NCBI GenBank assembly: GCA_000993565.1 | Contig: LBWK01000002.1 | Location: forward strand, 224,800 to 288,799 | Origin: a candidate division WS6 bacterium GW2011_GWF2_39_15 | GTDB taxonomy: Bacteria; Patescibacteriota; Dojkabacteria; SC72 | Direction: 5' to 3' | DNA: 64,000 nt | In this document: positions 1 through 8,500 of the stretch, in pieces | Position numbering within the stretch: the stretch's first letter is position 1 | Layout: every line of letters begins with the position of its first letter | Position numbers and translations under genes: made by a program | Notes under the pieces: model-generated | Seen by the model: only the letters and a program-made list of their open reading frames with translations | Database searches by the model: none | Told to the model about the DNA's origin: nothing

Positions 1-200
1 TATGGGGTCTGCTTTAGGGAGGTTCGTTAATCTTTTCTTTATGTCATCAATACTTTGTTCGATCTTTAGAGAAAGGTTTTCTTTTGTATTTTCCAAAAAA
101 GTGTAGTTGGCGGAGAGTGATAGGATAGTAACTATTGCCCCGATGATAATCATTGAGAGAAAAAAGAGACTTTGTTTTACTGCCTTATTAGGATTCATAT
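1..200 (-). CDS. Hypothetical membrane-anchored protein. Only the N-terminal part is in the window; the gene runs off the left edge.
   Basis: ATG at 198-200 on the minus strand gives MNPNKAVKQSLFFLSMIIIGAIVTILSL..., an N-terminal hydrophobic anchor. It is co-oriented with and directly downstream of the GT2 synthase gene. Confidence 0.4.
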
Positions 201-214
201 ATTCTGACTATAGT

Positions 215-1474
215 TTATATACCTTTTCTCTGCCACTGTTGCCATACAATTTCTTCTCCTCTTAAAACCATGCCAATACTTGTTAATAATGCTAAATATT
301 CAACCCATATGAGGAAGTAAAAGAGAGGCCAGGTGAGAGGGAATAGTATGAGAAGCCCGAGATTTATTTTTTTGCCGTTGAATAAACCGTTAATGAAATA
401 AAGTACAAAAATGAATAGGATACCGAATGCAATCGATAGGAAGTCTAATGCTATAAAAGAATAAGTTATAAGCAGTGCAATAGAAATCGGTTCCAGAAAT
501 AGCTGAAACTCTGCCAGCAATGCATAGGGAAGAACGAAGAAGGTTAGTGCTTTATTATGTCTCTTGTCTTTGGAAAAGAACATACTGCGGTACTTCACAA
601 AGGTGTCCATACGCCCCTTTTTCCATCTGAGTCTTTGCTTTAGAAGCCCCATGATATCTGATGCACCCTCTGTGTAGCATATAACATCCTCACCGTAAGT
701 ACAGTTATATCCGTAAAATCTGAATCTCATGGTCATTTCAATATCTTCAGTTTTATTTTTTTCATCATAATAACCGATATGGTCGAAAACAGCTTTTCTA
801 AATGATGCACATGCACCTCCAAAGATATATTCGGCTCCCATTACGGCGTGTGATCGTTTGAAATAGAAACCAAAAAGATATTCCAGTCTCTGAGTGAGTC
901 CGAGAATTGTCTGTGAGTTCGCGACTATTACATTACCAACAACCCCGTCAACCTTAAGATCCTGATAATATACAACAAGGTTTTTGATTGCATGTTTATC
1001 TAGTTTTGAGTCCGCATCAATTGTTAGGATTATGTCACCAGTTGCTTTTTTAACTCCGGTATTAAGGGCGTGGCCTTTGCCTCCATTTACTGTGTATGAA
1101 ATGAATCTTAGTTGTTTTCTTCTCCACTTATGACTTTTGCGAAGTCTGCGGATCTTTTTTACGAAAGAGTTCATTACCTTCTCTGTGTTATCAGTAGATC
1201 CGTCGTTAACAGCAAGAATCTCAACATTATCGTAGTCGTTTTCTAAAACACTCTTAACCGTTTTCACAATTCCAACGGACTCATTCCAGGCGGGTATAAT
1301 GACGGATACTTTATAATTTTTGTATTCCTGCTTCAGGATTGCCCGGCTTTTTCTAAGTGTTTCTATTATTTGATAAATAGGGGCTAGAATGAGGAATACA
1401 AAGTATTTTACGAACATCAGATTTGCGAAAATAACGGCAATACTTCTGAATATTGAAAACCAGTCTTGAGCCAT
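215..1474 (-). CDS. Processive family-2 glycosyltransferase (PgaC/IcaA/NodC/cellulose-synthase-like beta-glycan synthase)
   Basis: Motifs VSVIIPAWNE...NDGSTDNT, DxD (ILTIDADSKL), TEDIEMT and Q-R-L-R-W (QRLRWKKG). TM helices flank the GT domain on both sides. Confidence 0.8.
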   Translation of the reverse strand: MAQDWFSIFRSIAVIFANLMFVKYFVFLILAPIYQIIETLRKSRAILKQEYKNYKVSVIIPAWNESVGIVKTVKSVLENDYDNVEILAVNDGSTDNTEKVMNSFVKKIRRLRKSHKWRRKQLRFISYTVNGGKGHALNTGVKKATGDIILTIDADSKLDKHAIKNLVVYYQDLKVDGVVGNVIVANSQTILGLTQRLEYLFGFYFKRSHAVMGAEYIFGGACASFRKAVFDHIGYYDEKNKTEDIEMTMRFRFYGYNCTYGEDVICYTEGASDIMGLLKQRLRWKKGRMDTFVKYRSMFFSKDKRHNKALTFFVLPYALLAEFQLFLEPISIALLITYSFIALDFLSIAFGILFIFVLYFINGLFNGKKINLGLLILFPLTWPLFYFLIWVEYLALLTSIGMVLRGEEIVWQQWQRKGI

Positions 1475-1475
1475 C

Positions 1476-2102
1476 TTATCGTTTAGTTGAATTTATAAGT
1501 GTAGCAAGGAATATTTTGAATCCTTTGTCATCTTCCACAAAAACCGTGAGTCTCGGCGTTCCTGTCTCATCCCTTGTAATATTATATTTTTCAATATCGT
1601 TGAATATTTGATCCACACGAAATATATAACTGCTGCGGCTAGATAGAAGAAACACCAGATCTCCAGCCTCCAAGTGACGAATATCAAGAGTTGTTCTCCA
1701 CGTTTGATCCAGATATATGAGGAGATTATTACTATGATCCTTTACATATATATGAGCTTTATTTCCTCTGATGTACCATTTGCCACGTTCATTCAGTGCG
1801 TCTGTTAATTCTAGGCGGGCTTTAATGTTAGGGATCTGTATGAATCTGATCTTCTCTCTGGTTACAATATGTGAGATGTTTGAGTATTGGTTATTTTTCT
1901 CGTTCACCTGTTCTAACGTTTCGTTATTTTGAACTTCCCTAAGAGTATTAAGATACTTAATATCTTGGAGAAAAATCTGTTCATAGGCATTAAGCATTAC
2001 ATAAATAGTGAAGAGAAGGGAAATAAGGGCTATTATTATGAGAGTCGTAAGGCCCTTCCATTTGTATGTATGCTTTTTGTTCTTTTTCTTACTTAGTTTC
2101 AT
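1476..2102 (-). CDS. Membrane-anchored hypothetical protein, possibly an accessory subunit of the GT2 synthase
   Basis: Lys-rich N-terminus followed by one TM (LTTLIIIALISLLFTIYVML), then a soluble domain. It is separated from the synthase gene by only 1 nt. Confidence 0.5.
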   Translation of the reverse strand: MKLSKKKNKKHTYKWKGLTTLIIIALISLLFTIYVMLNAYEQIFLQDIKYLNTLREVQNNETLEQVNEKNNQYSNISHIVTREKIRFIQIPNIKARLELTDALNERGKWYIRGNKAHIYVKDHSNNLLIYLDQTWRTTLDIRHLEAGDLVFLLSSRSSYIFRVDQIFNDIEKYNITRDETGTPRLTVFVEDDKGFKIFLATLINSTKR

Positions 2103-2283
2103 TTTTAAGAGTTTTCTTTAATCGCGATCGTCTTATATAAAGACTGAGTTTTAGAATTTGATTTGTAATTAACGCTGCTATATTGATAATCGTAACCAAT
2201 GTAATGAATCCAGCATAAAGCATTATGAGGAATTGATACATTGGGGCAATCTCTTGGTATGTGTTAAGAAGCGAGGCTAGCAT
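2089..2283 (-). CDS. Small (64 aa) hydrophobic membrane protein, the first gene of the GT2 synthase operon
   Basis: ORF with one or two predicted TM helices (FLIMLYAGFITLVTIINIAALI) and a basic C-terminal tail. It overlaps the next gene by 14 nt. Small size makes it uncertain. Confidence 0.35.
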   Translation of the reverse strand: MLASLLNTYQEIAPMYQFLIMLYAGFITLVTIINIAALITNQILKLSLYIRRSRLKKTLKNETK

Positions 2284-2498
2284 TGGACTTTAAGGTATTC
2301 GAGATCTTAAATATGAGATACCTATTCTAGCACATATTACATATTTAGTCTTTAGTATATGAAAATGGGTTAAGCCTATAAATAAGGCTTTATCTAAAAT
2401 AGATATTGGTACACAGGGAATACATGGCTAGATGTTGAGCCTTTTGAAAGCAGGAAGAGGTTTGTCACTCTTTCCAAATCTAATTATGTAGAATAGTG

Positions 2499-2536
2499 TT
2501 ATAGGTCTTTTAGGGGGACGTAGTAAGGGATATAAT
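2499..2536 (+). promoter_or_regulatory. Putative promoter: conserved element TTATAGGTCTTTTAGG at the -35 position, a 16-nt spacer, then GGATATAAT (-10)
   Basis: Near-identical architecture is found upstream of the second giant surface-protein gene at 9490-9529. TATAAT at 2531-2536 lies 31 nt upstream of the ATG at 2568. Confidence 0.45.
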
Positions 2537-2567
2537 TTAACACAACTAAGTTCTAGCACTCTACTAT

Positions 2568-5500
2568 ATGCTACATCTACTTACTAGGTTTGCCTCAAGG
2601 TATTTCAGCCGATTTATTTCAGTTTTCTTATCCCTTTATTTGATACTTGGCCCTGCATTAAGTGTCGCTACAAGTGATGTATTTGCGGCAAGTGTGCATA
2701 CAGTTGTTGTCGGAGGAAATATTCAGGCAGCTATTAATGCTGCGGATCCGGGAGATATTATCGATATACAGGCTGGAACTTTCACTCCTTCATCAACGCT
2801 CAATGTAAATAAATCATTAACTATTCAAGGAGCCGGTATCGATGCTACTGTAATAGATGCTGCCGGTTATACGGGGTATGGAATGCATGTGACTGCCGGA
2901 AATGTTATTCTCAAAAATTTCACTTTCAGAAATGCTCATGGAACAAGCGGGTATGGATTAAAAATAGCAAATGTTGATTTCATCTCGCTTGAAAACCTAA
3001 AAGTGGAATTGTCATATAGGACGAATGTAGACTTTTATGGTGTAGATTATGGAACTCTTTTGAATGTTCAGGCATATGGGGCTACTTATGGGAACGGAAT
3101 TTCCATTACAAATGGTAACCATTTTACTCTCACAAATATCACGACATCTGGAAATGCGTGGGGAGGAATTGCCCTATATACCGGCACAAGCTATCTACCT
3201 GCCGCCGTGTCCGATATTACTATAAATGGAGCAGTAAATATTTCGGAACCTGTTAAAATGTACTCTGAAGTTATAAATCTTGGTGAGAGTATTTCGGATA
3301 TCCATTATTCAATCAGCGATTTCAAATATGTCGTTACATTTGCTGGCAACCCTAAATTTGTTTTCTATTTTGGGAATCAAACTTTGGATTCTGCTATAGG
3401 AACGGCAACCTTGATTGGCACTGTTAAAGGATGGGGATCGGATTTTAAGATTTTTGATAATGCACTCGGATATTACGTTTATCCTGTTCCTGTTGCACCA
3501 GTTACTCTGGGTCTAAATGTTCAGAGCAAATCAGCGACACCAGGGAGTCTACCCGTTGCCCTGGCATGTGGGAATGGCACAAATGATAATACACCAAGTC
3601 ATGTATGGAGTGCTGCTGTAGGAAGTAATATTAAGTATCAGAGAGCTGCTCAGCCTCCCGCAGGAAGCTGGTGGACAGACCCTACAATATATTCTGCAAC
3701 TAATACCGATTGGTTATGGTTTGGGACTGCGGGAGCAGGGAATGGTTGGGACGGGACATGGAAACTTAGAGTTAGGGCTTTTGAAGATGCTAATTCTAAT
3801 AATGTTTTGGACTCTGCAGACTCTGTTTCCAACTGGAGTAATGAATGTGCAATTAACTATGATGATACTAAACCCACAACTCCTGTTATTGAAGTTCCTG
3901 ATGAAGGAAAGGCTTTTAATACAACCCCTATTTTGAATAACTGGTCTGATTCTGTCGATACATCAGGAATCTTGAAATATGTGGTTGAATATCAATATGA
4001 CGATGGGCATTCTTTTTCAGGAGGACCATACAGAGAAACGACTGTAAGCCAGAGAAATCATGTGCCTAACCTTTCAGAAGAAGGCGGGGTAAAGTTTAGA
4101 GTTAAGGCCGTTGACAATTTTGGCAATGAAAGCGGTTGGAGTGAGTGGAGGCATTACAACTATGACATAACCAATGCAAGCTCGGTCTTTAATACACCTC
4201 TTGCCGGGAACTTCAATTCTGAAATCTCAATAACAGGTACATCTGTTGACAATGTCGGGGTGGACTTTGTTACCCTTTTCTACAAGAACTCTTCAGATGC
4301 GGATGTGCCTGCGAACTGGGTAAAAATTACCGATGTTGTTAACCCTTCAAAGAATACGCCTTTTAATTGGAGTTACGGATGGACTCCAATTGTTGATGGT
4401 ACCTACGATTTGAAAGTCAGTGCGACAGATAAAGCCGGGAATGTTGAAAATACAGCCTATGTTTATGGAATTACTTTTGATGCAACAGCTCCAGCAGTAC
4501 CAACACTCGTCTCGCCTGCTGATGGGGCATATATAAAACCTTCATTAGCAATGCTTGATTGGAGTGATGTTACAGATCCGCACGGCCCGGTTACATATAA
4601 ATATAAGAGTAGCTGGAACGGAGGCGGGCACTATGGACCTGTAAGCACGGGGACAAACTCGATAATAAATGCGACAGCCAGTGCGTATAGGACTTACAGC
4701 TGGCAGGTACAGGCGTGCGACTCATTTGGAAATTGCAGTGATTGGTCAGGACCATGGACTGTAACAATTGATGGGACCGCACCTACAATGCCAAAGTGGA
4801 CCAATACAGAACGTTTTACACAGAACGGTGATTATGCATATACAACTGACCGTGTCAGAATGGATATGAAGTTTACTCAGAGTTCAGACACTTTTGGTGT
4901 TGATCATTACGACTACCAGTTTGTAAGAGCTGATCTGGATGGGAATAAGTTGCAAAGCGGTCAGGTTAATATGAATACATATTTGGGAGGAATCTCATGT
5001 GTTTCAGGAATCTGTACATGGAAGCCGGATCTTCAGGATAACAGTCAGTGGATATTTAGAATGAGGGCTGTTGATAAAGCCGGAAATACAAGTAGCTGGT
5101 CTAACTGGAATGGAGCTTCAGATTCACAGTTCTACAACTTCTCATTCGACTTTAACGATTTTGATGCCGGAGCCGGTGTATTTGCCAGGGGTGACTACGA
5201 TCATACTTCTGGGAATGCCAGCTTTGTTGTAAGGGAGAACGTAAATCCTATATCCGAGATTACCTCTCCAGATATTGAGACAAATAATACTATTATAAGC
5301 ATTAATTACACAGCTTCGGATGTCGGTACAAAAGTTAAAACGGTTGGACTTTACAGAAGCGACGATATTCTCTATATGTACAGTGATAATGGAACCTTTT
5401 ATTATAACTTAGTTGGGGAGCCAGATGGAACAAAATGCTTTTATACAAGAGCTGAGGATACGGCCGATGATGCATCATTAGATGCAGGAGAAGGAAATAT

Positions 5501-8500
5501 TGAGGCTGTTCCAACGGATAAATGTGAGATTCAGGTAAAGCTTGATACTACTGCTCCTACAGTAGGAAATATTAACTTCACAGTTGATTTTAACCCTTAC
5601 TTAATGGGGGAAGGTTTTGGAGTTTCAGCTAACGTGTCGGACTCATTTGCCGGGATTAAACCTTCTACTTGTGAATTTACATATGATGGAGGTCTTAATT
5701 GGGAGTCAGGTAACTATGTAGGAGGGAAATGTGTTGATTTTAAAAGTACAGGTGATAACCAAAGTTTAGCTGTGAATGTGAGGGTTCAGGATAGATATGG
5801 AAACATTGGCTATGGGAGTCCTGTAGTTAGAACTTCTGATCTAAATGATCCTACCTCTACCGTTACGATAGACAACGTATATTCAGGTCCAATGGTTTAC
5901 GATGGTGGAACAATAAACGGTGTCGCAACTGATAGTGCGAGTGAGGTTGAACTACTTAAAGTCACAGTAAAAAGAAGCGGGGATAACAGATATTGGAACG
6001 GTTCAACTTTTGGTTGTATGCTCTGTTTCCTTCCTCAATTCAAGAGTGTTTCGTTAGCTAATCTTCCTACTTGGACATATAGTGGTATTCCGGCGGGTTC
6101 TTTTACTAACGGAAGGACATATACAGTTACCCCTTATGCAACGGACAGTGTCTGGCATATAGCCCAGGGAACAAGTGATGCCTTTATATGGGATTCGACT
6201 GCACCAACTGATCCTAGCTCATATACTACTGTACCTGCTGTAGGTTTTATCAATGATAATACAATTACAGTAAACTGGCCGGAAGTTAATCTACCTGGCG
6301 GAGCTTTTGATACTCTTTCAGGGGTAGCGGGATACTCATATGACTTTACACATAGTGAAGTTGATGTTCCAGATAATATTCAGGATATCCCGGTCAGCAT
6401 TAATAGTATAACAAGTTCGGTTCTGGACGACGGTGTCTGGTACTTTCATCTTAGAACTGTTGATAATGTAGGAAACTGGACAAATACCTCTCATGTAGGC
6501 CCGTTTACAGTTGATGTCACAGATCCATCTGTAACAATAAGTTCACCGGTAAATAATTCATGGGTAAACCATTTCACAGTTTCCGGTACAGCTGACGATG
6601 CTACCTCCAGAATAAATAATATAAGAGTAGAGTTTAGAAAATTTGCAGGCGGGGCACTAATTCAGACATGTGAGGCCACATATATAGGCACTAGCTGGTC
6701 GCTAGATGTAAATGGTCTCTCTACATGTACAATTCCTGACGGAAAGTACAGGATAATAGCTATTGCAACTGATAATGCAACCAACTCGTCCAGCGTAAGC
6801 AAATCAGGTATAAAGGTTGACACAACTGGGCCTATGGTCGGATCGATTGATTTCACTGTTGATTTTGATCCTTTTGTAAACGGTAACGGATTTCTTGTTT
6901 CTGTCCCGGTATCTGAAACCTTCAATGATGCGAATGCCAGACGTGGCCTGGATACAACCTCCTGTAAGTTCAGCTATGATAACGGTAGTAATTGGGAAAA
7001 CGGTCATTATGGAATTGTCTCGCTGTTTCCGCTGAAGTACGGATGTTACGACACTAAATCTGCAGGAGAGAATCAAACCCTAGAAGTCTTAGCAAAAGCT
7101 AAAGATTTGATGGGTAATGAAGCTATTTCTTCGATGTCAACAAGAATTTCAGATAGAAGAGATCCGTCTGTAACAGTAGATATTGATGAGGAATATTACA
7201 GTCCATCAACTTTTGGGACTGGAGTCATTAAAGGTACATCATTTGATGCTGTGAGTGGAATAGATAGTATTAAAGTGACAATTCAGAGAGATTCGGATGG
7301 TAAGTTCTGGAATGGAAGTTCATGGTGTAATCCTCTGGCATGCATATTGACTAAGTTTAGACCTACTTCATTATCTTCAGATTCAACATCATGGAGTTAT
7401 GACGGGACGTCGATATCATTTACAGATGGGGTCTCATATACTGTTAAGGCATATGCATATGACAAAGTATTAAATAGCTCGAGCTCGTCTGACACCTTTG
7501 TTTGGGATATAACTGCACCAACTGCTGATATAGTGTTTCCCGCTGGATTGATTTATCCAGACCCGTCAGAGAGTGCGAAAACGTTTGAGGTTGTCTTCAG
7601 TGAGGATGTTGAAGAAAACCAGGCAGAAAATCCTGCCAACTATTTCTTGCATAACTGGCCTGGTTTTGGTGGCAGCGGTGATTTAGATGGGGATGCTACC
7701 ATTGTGTATGACCCTCTTACCTATACTGCAACTGTCACGCTCACAAATGCGGGATGGTATGTATCTCCTGAGCAGGAATGGGGAGTTGAAAATATTCATG
7801 ATTTAGCTGGAAACCTGCAGTTGATAAATCCATATAGCGAAACTTCAACTGAGCTGATTGCCCCCGTTACTACTGTGGAGGGTGTTAGCGATCAGTGGTA
7901 CAAGAGTGATGTCACTGTATCACTTGCTTGCACGGATATTGCTGGAAGCGGTTGTGCAAGAACATATTACACTACTGATGGGACTGAACCTACAACAGGC
8001 TCAGCACAAGGAAGCAGTTTTGTCCTGGATGCCGATGGGGAATATGTAATTAAGTATTTCTCTGTTGATAATGCGGGAAATATTGAGAATATTCAGACTC
8101 TGTCTTTCACTGTTAAGGTTGATAAGACTAACCCAATAAATCCAAGTGAGTTCGTATCTGACCCTGATATAAATACGCCAAGTTTGGGTAGCGATATCAC
8201 AGTAACATGGAACAATATTCCTGAGCCCGCTAGTACACCTACCCCATCTTTGGTTATAACTGGTGCTGTTGATAACTTGAGTGGTGTCAATGGGTTTTCA
8301 TATCTTTTCACTCAAAATGCCACAGACTTTCCCGACACAGTAATAGATGGAGATAGAGATACTCACGAAGTTACTCAAAGTGCGTTAAGCGATGGATCTT
8401 GGTATTTCCATCTTAGGACGGTGGATCTTGCAGGTAACTGGTCCGATCCTGTAAGTTATGGACCAATGATACTTGATAATCAGAAACCGGTAATTTCATT

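Noticed and set aside
1493-1687. Short ORFs in the six-frame track nested inside or antisense to long genes (1493-1687, 3650-3832, 3721-3936, 4591-4782, 6662-7076, 8093-8311, 8642-8845, 9626-9817, 9919-10695, 12863-13252, 15308-15616, 15786-16037, 16945-17333, 25519-25701, 25861-26121, 26240-26527, 27106-27357, 28219-28413, 32092-32486, 33638-34009, 35025-35294, 37872-38135, 38303-38915, 40091-40315, 41776-41970, 42492-43133, 43607-44103, 46253-46562, 47367-47660, 51300-52380, 54023-54874, 55549-55809, 55945-56163, 56510-56944, 57928-58956, 59242-59781, 61120-62040, 62640-63174)
   Set aside because: Each lies within a much longer ORF that has clear protein-family signatures. They have low-complexity or mirror-image composition of the coding strand. 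For example 12863-13252 is the Ser/Pro-rich antisense of the Gly/Glu-rich linker. None has an independent motif.
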